Sequence record: NC_061450.1
Length of the DNA stretch: 64,000 nucleotides
Direction: 5' to 3' (one strand)
The notes under the pieces were generated by a model. It was not told the DNA's origin. It saw nothing but the letters and a program-made list of their open reading frames with translations, and did no database searches. The position numbers were made by a program, and so were the translations under genes. Positions 29,043 through 38,428 of the stretch are shown here, one piece after another. Position 1 is the first letter of the stretch. The number at the start of each line of letters is the position of its first letter.

Positions 29043-30209
29043 TTAGCGTGCAACGTTATATCTGGCATTAACCCAGATGCTGCGGTTGCCGAACGTAGCC
29101 CACTTGGTGGTAGGTGCATTGATAACACCAAGACGGCCCATAGCACGCGCACCGTCAATTGCTTTGCCACCAGCACTACCATCACCAGAATTGATGCCAG
29201 CTTTGGACAGCTTGTTTTTGAGATTGGTCACTGGCCCCTGAATCTCGGTTTCAATACGTCCCAAAGCAGCTTCGATTGCTGGCGTTCGGTCCATATTCAA
29301 GTTTACTACCTGGCCTGTAAAGTCAAACGCAAGAGCACCCTCTGCTTGAAGCTGCGCGGCAAGTGCGTAGTAACACGCACACACAACCCAACCGTTGAGA
29401 ATGGTACCCTGCATGTTTGTACCGGTAAAGCCAGTAACACGCGAACCGATCTGATTAAACAAAGCCAGACCACGATACAGATACGTGATAATATCGCTTT
29501 GCGTATACTCCAGTTGGGGGATAACGTTTTGCATCTTGGCCTTGTTGATATAGCCTTCAACCAAGCCAATAGCAATAGTCATCTGTGGAGTAATGGGCCA
29601 GATGGTGAACGGATAAAAACGTTGTGCCTTGCGACGTTTGTCATCGTGACGAACAACAAGAGCAAGAGGCTCAAGTCTGTTGCTGGCAACCCACAACGGT
29701 AGACGGAAGGTGCAGCTATCACGGCGGTTGGCCATCAGCCTAACACCTTCATCACCTGCTCCAATACCATCAACAAACACACGGTTGTTTATCGAGATCT
29801 GAAAAGATATCGTGTCGCAGTTAATGTCGTAGTGGAATGGCAGGTTAACGTCAAACGTCTCTGCTTCACCTACCAGCGTAATGATATCAGAGCTGGCTCG
29901 AACATCCAGTGTGGGAGTCACCGTCAGTGATTGGCGACTACGCTCTGTACCTTGCTCAGACTCATAGGTCCAAGTGATCAAGAACTCACGGTCGTCATCC
30001 AATCCCATTTCAGGAATGCCGAAATCAGCAACCCATTGACCAGGCACTTCACCAACTGTGGCAACAATCTCTGCTACAATCGATTTGTCCTGAGGGTCAA
30101 TCATTCGGACAATGGGCCCCATTTCGTCAACTTTTGGAAATAGGGGCTCACCGAATTCATCAAGAAATGTTTCCTCTACCGAGAGGATAGTGCCTTCTAC
30201 AGCCTGCAT
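29043..30209 (-). CDS. Putative virion structural protein (possible neck/head-tail adaptor)
   Basis: 388 aa; two beta-rich domains followed by a helical domain; structural-gene context; function inferred only. Confidence 0.4.
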   Translation of the reverse strand: MQAVEGTILSVEETFLDEFGEPLFPKVDEMGPIVRMIDPQDKSIVAEIVATVGEVPGQWVADFGIPEMGLDDDREFLITWTYESEQGTERSRQSLTVTPTLDVRASSDIITLVGEAETFDVNLPFHYDINCDTISFQISINNRVFVDGIGAGDEGVRLMANRRDSCTFRLPLWVASNRLEPLALVVRHDDKRRKAQRFYPFTIWPITPQMTIAIGLVEGYINKAKMQNVIPQLEYTQSDIITYLYRGLALFNQIGSRVTGFTGTNMQGTILNGWVVCACYYALAAQLQAEGALAFDFTGQVVNLNMDRTPAIEAALGRIETEIQGPVTNLKNKLSKAGINSGDGSAGGKAIDGARAMGRLGVINAPTTKWATFGNRSIWVNARYNVAR

Positions 30210-30210
30210 A

Positions 30211-31314
30211 TTACACCTCGGTCAAGGCAAGATACTCAGCCAAGGTACGCAGTTGATTGTTGTATGACCCAACGATCAAGCTACGCGCCATGGCCAAATG
30301 GTTTGAACTAGCAGCCACAACAATCTTGGACTGATATTCCGGCAGGCGTTGCATGTTCTGATTCAGGGCATCAAAGAACTGCCGCACAAAGTTAATACGA
30401 TTTGTTGCCGTTGACTCAAGAGGGCTTGCGTCCAGCTGTGAATTAAGCAGCAAATACAGGGCGGCTTGAAGTTCAGGACCCACGTCTGGAATTCCAGTTG
30501 CGAGGGCTGCGCTGATCTTCATAAGCCCCCTCGCAACGAAATCGACCACAGTCGTATCAATGTAGGCGGCAGCGCTTGGACCCAAGTCAGGAAGATACAA
30601 CTCAGGCAAGACGTAGGTGCAGAAGTATTGCGGAAACTGTTTGTCGAACAGCTTGGGCGACAGGGCTTGACTGTTGCGTTTCCACATATCAATCGAGTTA
30701 TGCCACGATGTGTAAGGCAGGTTGCGCATCGCCTGACTCACACTCAAGCTACCGTCTTGATCCCTCAATACGTTCATGTCCTGACTGACATAGCGTGGGC
30801 CAACAACAGGCACAGGGTCAACAGTAACAAAGTTACGTGTCACCGTACCTACAACGTTGTACAGCACATTCAGAAAGTCAATGCCGCTCCCGTTAAGAGC
30901 AAACGAGAACTGGCGAGGAACACCAATCGTTAGGTATTCGTTTATATCAGCTTCTCCCCACATACGGAAGTAGCGACCACGTCCGTTAATCACAAGCGGC
31001 TTGGGCAAGTTCTTGACTGGACGTGGCTTGAGGCTGAATGTAAACACCAGCCCGCTGTCTACCATGATAGTGCTTGGGTCTGGCTGACCAGCGTAGCCCA
31101 TGCTCATGTGAGCATCAGGACTGTACACGTTCACTAGGCAGAATTGCTGTGCTTTGGTGAACGGCATTTGTGCGCTGATCATGCCAAGGAGAACCTGTTC
31201 GAGAATCGCATCCACCACATACTGATTTGCCGTGCGCATCTGATTGGGACGGTACTGGCCACTGTATGTGTTCTCTTTGAATGTACGATCTACCTTGAAA
31301 TGCCTTACTGCCAT
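30211..31314 (-). CDS. Hypothetical protein, probably structural
   Basis: 367 aa, TAATG coupling. Confidence 0.6.
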   Translation of the reverse strand: MAVRHFKVDRTFKENTYSGQYRPNQMRTANQYVVDAILEQVLLGMISAQMPFTKAQQFCLVNVYSPDAHMSMGYAGQPDPSTIMVDSGLVFTFSLKPRPVKNLPKPLVINGRGRYFRMWGEADINEYLTIGVPRQFSFALNGSGIDFLNVLYNVVGTVTRNFVTVDPVPVVGPRYVSQDMNVLRDQDGSLSVSQAMRNLPYTSWHNSIDMWKRNSQALSPKLFDKQFPQYFCTYVLPELYLPDLGPSAAAYIDTTVVDFVARGLMKISAALATGIPDVGPELQAALYLLLNSQLDASPLESTATNRINFVRQFFDALNQNMQRLPEYQSKIVVAASSNHLAMARSLIVGSYNNQLRTLAEYLALTEV

Positions 31315-32597
31315 TACTTGACGGACTGTTTCAGCAGGCGTTTCTGTTGTGGGTTAAGACCCATGACCTGTGCGATCTGATCAATCTTCGCAACAGTCAG
31401 GATGCCTTTCTCTGTACCTTGGCTGGTGGTTACGCTGATGATAACGTACTCACGTCCTGTGCGGCCTTTAGCAACACGATGGATGATTGAGTTACGTCCT
31501 GCACGACCGCCGCGGAACAGGGCACTGGCCATTGCTACGATTTCCTGCACAGCATCGCGCTTCTCAGTAGAAGTCAAGCCACGGACCAGGCGAACATACA
31601 GGTTGTCGTTTTGGATGCGCACATCATCAAAGATCTCAGTGTCTTTGCCTTTGACGTTGTGGACTTCTGAACCGAACTGCGTGTTGCGTTTCAGGAAGCC
31701 GGTAGTCTTGTTGAGCGGCTTGCGCTCAGAATAGTTAAGGAAGCCGTCGATAGCCAACATGTTGTTGATTGTTTTCTTCAACGTAGGCGCAGTCTCAACC
31801 AGAGTACCCATAGGGAATGAGCCAGGAACTTTCTCATCCACCAGCGTGGTCACAAAGTTTTCGCTGATACCAGTTGCCACAGCGATCTTGGTACTAAGCA
31901 CCAAGGCATAGTTCTGATAGTGTTCACCTTCTGAGTTAACGAAATCGTCAACGTAGATATAGGTCTGAAACACAATCGGGTCTGAACCGTGAGCGATAAA
32001 GGTACGCTGACGCAGACGGCTGTACTGTTCTTTGTTGAGGATCTTAGACAGGTAGTTAGCCATTGTTGCCACCAGCTTACGGTGTTCAATAGGCGTACCT
32101 TCTTTGTTGTTAAGACTCATCAACTTGACCATACGGCTCTGCGTGGTCGTGGCGTCTTTGATAACTTTCAGCAGGTTATCAGCAGCGGCCTTTTGATCTT
32201 TGAAAGCGCTGAATGTGCGGCTTGCCAAAATCTGGTAGGCAACGCCCAGCTCACTGAGTGCTTGATTGAGTTCAGCAACTTGGTTGTTGTACTCCGCTTT
32301 CTTTTGCACGTCACCGATGTCGATTTTGCTAACGTCGATCACTTGGTTAAGGTTAATAGCTTTGGCCTGCTTGCGTGTAACAGCCCCTTCAATGTCTGCA
32401 AGGTCAACAGCTTTGGCGCTGATGCTTTCAAGTTCACGAGGGATGGCAAAGCCGGAAGCAATAGAGACTACACGTTGGAGAATATTGCGAAATTCTGTAG
32501 CAGTACGCGCCTGGCGCAGGCCCTGCATATTCTCTGACTTGTAATCGATGGAGGCGCTAAGTGATGCGACCTCTTGTTTTTTAGCCATCTTAGGCAT
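31314..32597 (-). CDS. Putative virion protein (SLSA motif)
   Basis: 427 aa; MPKMAKKQEVASLSASIDY; both promoter-like motifs upstream. Confidence 0.55.
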   Translation of the reverse strand: MPKMAKKQEVASLSASIDYKSENMQGLRQARTATEFRNILQRVVSIASGFAIPRELESISAKAVDLADIEGAVTRKQAKAINLNQVIDVSKIDIGDVQKKAEYNNQVAELNQALSELGVAYQILASRTFSAFKDQKAAADNLLKVIKDATTTQSRMVKLMSLNNKEGTPIEHRKLVATMANYLSKILNKEQYSRLRQRTFIAHGSDPIVFQTYIYVDDFVNSEGEHYQNYALVLSTKIAVATGISENFVTTLVDEKVPGSFPMGTLVETAPTLKKTINNMLAIDGFLNYSERKPLNKTTGFLKRNTQFGSEVHNVKGKDTEIFDDVRIQNDNLYVRLVRGLTSTEKRDAVQEIVAMASALFRGGRAGRNSIIHRVAKGRTGREYVIISVTTSQGTEKGILTVAKIDQIAQVMGLNPQQKRLLKQSVK

Positions 32598-32634
32598 GAT
32601 CGTCCTCTCGGGGTTTGAGAATATGAATACTGAT

Positions 32635-32644
32635 AAAAATTAGC
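32635..32644 (-). promoter_or_regulatory. Putative late-type promoter motif GCTAATTTTT
   Basis: 38 nt upstream of the start at 32597; a TTGTAAATA variant is at 32683-32691. Confidence 0.5.
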
Positions 32645-32710
32645 GTTTAGGTCAGGTAATCTTGGGAAATACCCCGCAGTCGTATTTACAAAAATTTCTG
32701 ATCAAGATGC

Positions 32711-32740
32711 AAAAAGGGCCACCCGAAGGCAGCCCTTTTT
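32711..32740 (-). terminator. Rho-independent terminator (A/T tracts on both sides)
   Basis: AAAAAGGGCTGCC-TTCG-GGTGGCCC-TTTTT. Confidence 0.85.
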
Positions 32741-32773
32741 GTTTCGTGCAACTACTGGCAGAAGCCCGCAGAA

Positions 32774-33484
32774 TTAAACAGTCACTTTACCAGCTTTCTT
32801 GGTACGTGTTGCTTTCTTCGCGCCAGCTTTCTGAGCAGCGGTGCCTTTGTGATGCGTGGTTACTTTAGCAGTAGTCTGCTTACCACCTTTCAGACGCGGC
32901 AGCGGCTTCAGGGTAGGTTTAACCAGATTCACTTTGGCCGGCTTAGCTTTAGGAGTAACGATTTTGTTACCCTGCAGAGCTGGCTTGCGTGCGATGCGTG
33001 AAGCCATACGCGCTTTCTGTTTTGCCAGCAGGTTGGTTTTAGCAGCTTTCTGTTTCGCGATCAGGTTGCTACGAGCAACTTTCTGGCGAGAGATCAGCAG
33101 GCTGCGAACCTGTGCCTGAGACTTCTTGGCAGCTTTCAGGCCAGCAGAGTATTTCTGCAGGCGAGCTTTCAGACGAGCCTGGATTGATTTACCTTTAGCC
33201 TGGCCACGGCGAGTTGCCATTACCTTAGCGCGGTCTTTATCCAGTTTCTTGTCAGCGCTTGACTTGTTAGCAGCGCGGGTTTTCTTGGCAGGCGCAGCAG
33301 CACCAGCTTTGGCAGCACGCGGCTTACGAGTGGTCGCAGGCTTGGTGGTTGCTTTCGCAGCACGAGGCTTACGGGTTTTAGCAGCAGTTGCAGCTCCGCC
33401 TTTGGCGCCAGCAGCAGCTTTCTTCGCACGAGAACCGCCTTTAACAGGGTCGGTAGCGGAAGTGATTTTACGTTTCACAGCCAT
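32774..33484 (-). CDS. Histone H1-like Lys/Ala-rich DNA-binding protein
   Basis: Likely start MAVKRKITSA at 33484 (GAGG RBS); 236 aa dominated by K/A/R/T repeats (KTRKPRAAK, TTRKPRAAK), few acidic residues. Confidence 0.75.
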   Translation of the reverse strand: MAVKRKITSATDPVKGGSRAKKAAAGAKGGAATAAKTRKPRAAKATTKPATTRKPRAAKAGAAAPAKKTRAANKSSADKKLDKDRAKVMATRRGQAKGKSIQARLKARLQKYSAGLKAAKKSQAQVRSLLISRQKVARSNLIAKQKAAKTNLLAKQKARMASRIARKPALQGNKIVTPKAKPAKVNLVKPTLKPLPRLKGGKQTTAKVTTHHKGTAAQKAGAKKATRTKKAGKVTV

Positions 33485-33556
33485 GGTTATATCCTCATTA
33501 CAGGTTAGCGCCCTGTTGTTGTGGGCACGAGAAGTTATTCTCAAAAATAAGCATAG

Positions 33557-33566
33557 AAAAATTAGT
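33557..33566 (-). promoter_or_regulatory. Putative late-type promoter motif ACTAATTTTT
   Basis: Intergenic, 73 nt upstream of the H1-like gene. Confidence 0.5.
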
Positions 33567-33607
33567 ATAAATCCTTAGGTTTATTTAAGGATTAAACCAA
33601 AATCTTT

Positions 33608-34657
33608 TTACGCTGACGCATACCCGATTTCTGACAGCACTGCGTCTATTTCTTTCTCTGCGCGTTTACGCAAAGCCTTGTCCAGTCCAGCTTCCTTAAG
33701 GTAATCCTTAAGGCCGTCTTTAGGATTAATCTCGGCGAGTTCCAATTCTGAAACATCGATGTGATCTATATTATCGAGATCTACCTTTTTATTAGAGGTA
33801 TTTAACTGGGAAATATTTGGGACACGAATGCGAATGTCTGCGGGTATTGAGACACCTTCACGTACAATAACACGGTAACGAATTGCCTTGTTAACTTCCA
33901 GCTTTGACCAATCCTTTTGATCGGCTACTACCACAGTCTCCAAACGGAATCCAGGCTTGCTGTCGATGAACTTCTGCTTGACTACCAACTGTTTCTTTTT
34001 GTACTGCACACGGATATGCATAAAGCCTTTCGGTAAACCTTCACCAAAGGTCTTTTGATAAGGACTGCCACAGTATGTGAATCGCTTAGCTTCGAGAATC
34101 TGGTGCAGGTGGATATGGCCGCTAAACGTGTAATCGCGGGGGTCTACAGCGATATCCTTCTTGGCGTGCAAAGGACGTCCATTATCACCCAACGCACCGA
34201 CAGCTTCAACGTGGCAGAAGTTTAAGCAAGGACGTTTGTTCTTGATGCTCTTCTTGGCTGGGTGTGGTAGGAAGTTTACCACAATGCCTTCAAGTTCAAT
34301 CTGAGTCGGCGTCATGTAAACGTGCAACGACTTGAGGAAACTCCATTTGGTGAACTGATTGATCAAGTCCATGGAAGTTTTCTTTTCATCTGCACGGTCA
34401 TGGTTACCGCCACAGTAATGTGTATCGATAATACCTTCGTACTTACGGAAGTGGGCCAACAGCTTTTCTTTAGTGTCATCTGACATACGATAGCTGTCGG
34501 TGATATCTCCTGGAACGATGATGATATTGATGCCGTGCTCGACTGCATACTGATAGATGCGTTCGATTGTTTCAAGCTGGCGTTCAATATGATCTTCAGG
34601 GAAATGTTTGGCCATTGCTTCTAAGTGCCAGTCGGCTGTAACCAGGGCTTCTAACAT
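33608..34657 (-). CDS. SbcD/Mre11-like metallophosphoesterase nuclease (T4 gp47-like)
   Basis: ADWH, PGDI, GGNHD, FCHVE, GHIH; 349 aa. Confidence 0.9.
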   Translation of the reverse strand: MLEALVTADWHLEAMAKHFPEDHIERQLETIERIYQYAVEHGINIIIVPGDITDSYRMSDDTKEKLLAHFRKYEGIIDTHYCGGNHDRADEKKTSMDLINQFTKWSFLKSLHVYMTPTQIELEGIVVNFLPHPAKKSIKNKRPCLNFCHVEAVGALGDNGRPLHAKKDIAVDPRDYTFSGHIHLHQILEAKRFTYCGSPYQKTFGEGLPKGFMHIRVQYKKKQLVVKQKFIDSKPGFRLETVVVADQKDWSKLEVNKAIRYRVIVREGVSIPADIRIRVPNISQLNTSNKKVDLDNIDHIDVSELELAEINPKDGLKDYLKEAGLDKALRKRAEKEIDAVLSEIGYASA

Positions 34658-34690
34658 TTGCGATTATTCTTAATGTTGGATGATGGTCGA

Positions 34691-34699
34691 TATTTACAG
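34691..34699 (-). promoter_or_regulatory. Putative phage promoter motif CTGTAAATA
   Basis: Directly after a terminator, 34 nt upstream of SbcD. Confidence 0.65.
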
Positions 34700-34727
34700 A
34701 AAAAAGGGAACCCGAAGGCTCCCTTTT
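34700..34727 (-). terminator. Rho-independent terminator
   Basis: GGGAGCC-TTCG-GGTTCCC-TTTTTT. Confidence 0.85.
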
Positions 34728-34730
34728 GGC

Positions 34731-36908
34731 TTACATGTATGGAATACCGTTGTCGTCAAACTCCGCGTCCCAATCAGAGTCATCGAACTCCTCGTCGTCC
34801 TCAGGCTCGTCGTCACGATCTGTTTGCTGACCACGAATATCACGCAGACGTTGATCCAACAGGTCAGGAGTTAGTGGACGATCGTCTTCGCCTTCTTTGG
34901 CAAGCTGATCAAAGTCCTCGTCATCCCAATCTTCGTCTTCCTCATCAGCATCACCATCCATATACGGAATACCATCGTCATCGTACTCGGCATCTTCTGG
35001 AGGTTCTTCATGAGGCTTCATTGGATCATATGTCGATTTACCATTGGCGAGTTTGGCAAGTGCCTCATCAAGGAGCTCCTCAAGAATCGATTGAGCATCC
35101 TCTGCACAATAACCAATAAATTCCTCACGGATTTCCTGCCATGTACTATCGGTGTTGAGCAGCAAGGCTTCGGTATCTTTGCGTGGCGTGAAGTCATGCA
35201 CCACATTGAGACTCATTCTCTCCATCGCCATACGCGTTACTTCGCCATAATCAAAATCGATATGGTACAAGCTACGTGCGGCAAACACTGGATTAACGCC
35301 AGAAAGCTCAACAAAGCGATCAATGATCTGCTGACGAGCATCCTGAGCATCAAGACGAACAAACACAGCACCGCTCAACAACATTTCAGCACAGTGATAA
35401 TAGGTCTTGTTGAGAACGCTTTTGTGCTTGCGTAGGCTTTCGAGACTTACAGGGGTTGCGCCTTCACGAATGGCCAAGCTGGCGATACTCAAAGTAAGAA
35501 CAACCTCCTCCCACCGACGACTCCCAACTTCGTACTCTTCAAATGCATCACTTGGAGAAACAGCAGAGGGGTTTATTGTAGAGGCCCACATCCAGAACGT
35601 GTTGTCCGGCTTAGGAGCCATCTGAACAAAATCCCAAATCTGAGCAAGTGCTTTAGGAAAACCGCCATTGACTCGGTCGTTGTAGTTGGCATCATAGAAC
35701 CCACCACGGGATAACATGTCGTCAACCTTTTCAGCACGCTCAAGTCTAGGCAGAGTCTTGATCAGCATGGTCATCAGAGTTACGTTTGGATAGGCAGCTT
35801 CCAACACCTTGTTCTTCATGATGCTGGTGGCGTTGCTTTCATGAAGATACTGCCAGAACTCTTTAATCTGATCATAACTACCTGCGGCGCTGAGTCCAGC
35901 AACAATAGACTTGAAAGCTGCAACATTGACGTAGCCTGCTTTGTACAGTGGAATTATTGCTTTTGGATATTCAACAACCGTGTTGACCACAACAGTACGC
36001 AACACGTCAGGGTCCATGGTAGGGTTGCTGCGCTCAGCATAAGCCAGCTGGCCGAACTCCTGATACTTACCAGCACGCGCCAGTTCAGCGAGATTAACGT
36101 GATGGACTTCACTGCGCTTGTCGTTGTACAGTCGGTCTTTGAGATAGTACACGCCGTTACGTTCAGTGGTAGCCAGATGAGGATTGATGTGTTCGTCAAA
36201 CCACTCTTGCAGCACATGAACAAAAGGCATGGTGCTGTCTGGATAGGCAAAGTCTACCAAATACATGGCATTGACTTTGCCATCACCCACTTGATTCTTG
36301 AGATTGCCCTGACGTTCAAAATAAGGCTTGGCCAAGGCACGCGCAACAGGCTTGTTGATGTTACGGTCTTTGGGATCGATGAGATAGGCAATCAACGTGC
36401 CTGAGGTCACATCCTGTTTGACATACTTCTTGTTGCTGCCATCTTTGATGTTCATGCAGCTTGTCCAACCACGATCTGTAGACATACCTGCAATATCGTA
36501 GGGATGCATGGAGATACAGATCAGTTGGTTGTTGCGAGTGGCGTTGGTCATCGACTTTCTGTTTGGGTCAGAGTCAAACGCACGCTTAACATCAGGGTCT
36601 TTCAAGGCGCGACCGATGCGCACAATACGACCTTGACTGTCTTTGCCTGTGCCTGCAATATAGTCAACGATCTCAATGTTCTTGGCACGCAATGCTTCTT
36701 CGACAACTGACGGAGCTTTCACGTCCTGTGCAATGTTTTTCATCACACGGTCAGTTTTGGCATCGATGTAGATGCGCATTGCTTTGCGGCCTTTCTTGCC
36801 ACTCAGTTGTTCAAACAACTTGAGCAGCACGGGATTTGCCTTCCATCCTTTAACGTACTTGCGATACAGCGACGGAGGAAGTGCGCTGAGGCTGACGGCG
36901 ATTTCCAT
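34731..36908 (-). CDS. Putative virion protein (SLSA motif) with highly acidic C-terminal tail
   Basis: 725 aa; MEIAVSLSA; SMHPYDIAGMSTDRGWTSCMN block; D/E-rich tail with the repeated DDGIPYM/DNGIPYM; ACTAATTTT at 36938-36946 upstream. Confidence 0.6.
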   Translation of the reverse strand: MEIAVSLSALPPSLYRKYVKGWKANPVLLKLFEQLSGKKGRKAMRIYIDAKTDRVMKNIAQDVKAPSVVEEALRAKNIEIVDYIAGTGKDSQGRIVRIGRALKDPDVKRAFDSDPNRKSMTNATRNNQLICISMHPYDIAGMSTDRGWTSCMNIKDGSNKKYVKQDVTSGTLIAYLIDPKDRNINKPVARALAKPYFERQGNLKNQVGDGKVNAMYLVDFAYPDSTMPFVHVLQEWFDEHINPHLATTERNGVYYLKDRLYNDKRSEVHHVNLAELARAGKYQEFGQLAYAERSNPTMDPDVLRTVVVNTVVEYPKAIIPLYKAGYVNVAAFKSIVAGLSAAGSYDQIKEFWQYLHESNATSIMKNKVLEAAYPNVTLMTMLIKTLPRLERAEKVDDMLSRGGFYDANYNDRVNGGFPKALAQIWDFVQMAPKPDNTFWMWASTINPSAVSPSDAFEEYEVGSRRWEEVVLTLSIASLAIREGATPVSLESLRKHKSVLNKTYYHCAEMLLSGAVFVRLDAQDARQQIIDRFVELSGVNPVFAARSLYHIDFDYGEVTRMAMERMSLNVVHDFTPRKDTEALLLNTDSTWQEIREEFIGYCAEDAQSILEELLDEALAKLANGKSTYDPMKPHEEPPEDAEYDDDGIPYMDGDADEEDEDWDDEDFDQLAKEGEDDRPLTPDLLDQRLRDIRGQQTDRDDEPEDDEEFDDSDWDAEFDDNGIPYM

Positions 36909-36925
36909 AGTGTTCTCGATATTGG

Positions 36926-37435
36926 TTAACGATGCACAAAATTAGTTTTAAACCTCAACCAATCGCGCCACAAATGAACAACACGTTTGTTATGTCGGAC
37001 TGCGTAGTCCACACAGTTCTGAGTACCAGAGGGTGCGCCGCAAGCCAACGCACGTAACTCCTGAGTCTTATCGACAATGAAGTTGTTGCGTTGGTTCAGC
37101 GCTAAAGAGGCGTGTTCCTGTGCCCATTCTTTTTCCGACACGACTATTATTACTTCATGACTCTTGTTTAATATCGTGTCGAGTTCCAGCACGCTGGTGA
37201 CTGGCCAGCGCTTGTTGAAGCCAAGAAAAGGTATGCAACTAACCACCCGGTGGCCCTGTTGTAGTGCTGCCGTTGCTATTGCCATATCCCATCCTAAAGC
37301 ACAGCCGTGATAGACTGTGTTGTTGTCTTCAAGGCGTAACATCTGCCAAGAAGCAAACTTATACAGGCAGTTTTGTGCCTGCTGATCGTAGCCACCGAGG
37401 CGATTAGGTCTGTGGCCCGTAAACCCTATGTTCAT
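36926..37435 (-). CDS. YspA/DUF1273-like SLOG-family protein
   Basis: MNIGFTGHRP, GCALGWDMAIA, RNNFIVD, SGTQNCVDYA; 169 aa. Confidence 0.8.
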   Translation of the reverse strand: MNIGFTGHRPNRLGGYDQQAQNCLYKFASWQMLRLEDNNTVYHGCALGWDMAIATAALQQGHRVVSCIPFLGFNKRWPVTSVLELDTILNKSHEVIIVVSEKEWAQEHASLALNQRNNFIVDKTQELRALACGAPSGTQNCVDYAVRHNKRVVHLWRDWLRFKTNFVHR

Positions 37436-37445
37436 CCATATAGAT

Positions 37446-38330
37446 TTACAGAGTTATCTTTTGTTGGCCCTTCAGGAACGTTATGTTGGGCCTGGTGCCT
37501 GGCTCGACACTGGCTGCGACATTGTAGTCCGTGCCTCGTGCTAGCCGAATGTAAACATTGCTGTCAGCCGCATATCCAAGGCCGTACTGTAGCGTTACCT
37601 TTTCGGCAGTGCGTACAGTTGCCAAGTTACATGAGAATTGTCCACTAACTGCATACGCCGGATTAGGCACGAAGTTGGTTGGAGCAACACTACATGTATA
37701 CGGAGCAGCAATGTAGTCAACCTTTTTAGTATTAGCCACCGTCATTGCAGGACTAACTGAATAGTCCGACAACAGCAGGGTTAGACCAGGGTAGGATTTT
37801 GTGTACGTCCCTTTTGTGCTAAACGTTCCATCGTTATACGCAAGCCACCCATTGAATGTGACAGATACGGTACCGGCCCACAGATTCAGGAACGTTGAGT
37901 TCTTGATTCCATACTTGGGACTAACCAGTTCTTGGGTGCTGATAGCATCAAGAGTGGTTGGCCAAAGCACGGGTGTTGGACCAGCAGTGTCGTTGTATGG
38001 ATAGTTAGGAGCCACGCTTGCGAATGGACTCTTTCCCCATGCAACACTGTTGTGGAATATCGAGCGCAAACTTGCATACGTCTCACTTCCCTGCGCATAC
38101 CTTAACGAAGTGAGATGATACGTCTTCAAGTCAGAGGCAACTCCTCGCACGGGATTCGCGGCATTATTGAATCCCAACGCGGCTCGGCAGTCCCGCATTA
38201 CACTATCTAAGTTGGCAATCAACTTGTCTGATTTCAGATTGGTAGAAGTATCGAGAGTTGGATCAAAGAACAATACCTCACGACATTGACCTACTAGATC
38301 TGAGGCTGAAAAGTTGGTGACAAATTGCAT
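37446..38330 (-). CDS. Putative tail/virion protein, paralog of 38429..39304
   Basis: 294 aa; Thr/Ser/Tyr/Asn-rich; EVLFFDPTLD and PGTRPNITF motifs. Confidence 0.5.
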   Translation of the reverse strand: MQFVTNFSASDLVGQCREVLFFDPTLDTSTNLKSDKLIANLDSVMRDCRAALGFNNAANPVRGVASDLKTYHLTSLRYAQGSETYASLRSIFHNSVAWGKSPFASVAPNYPYNDTAGPTPVLWPTTLDAISTQELVSPKYGIKNSTFLNLWAGTVSVTFNGWLAYNDGTFSTKGTYTKSYPGLTLLLSDYSVSPAMTVANTKKVDYIAAPYTCSVAPTNFVPNPAYAVSGQFSCNLATVRTAEKVTLQYGLGYAADSNVYIRLARGTDYNVAASVEPGTRPNITFLKGQQKITL

Positions 38331-38428
38331 ATCTGTCTCCTTTAGGTTTTTTGAAGGTGCGTCTCCTCTTATTGCTGTGCAGGGCCCACTAGTGGGTTGT
38401 TGTTAATCCTCTTCCATGAGGAAATTCT

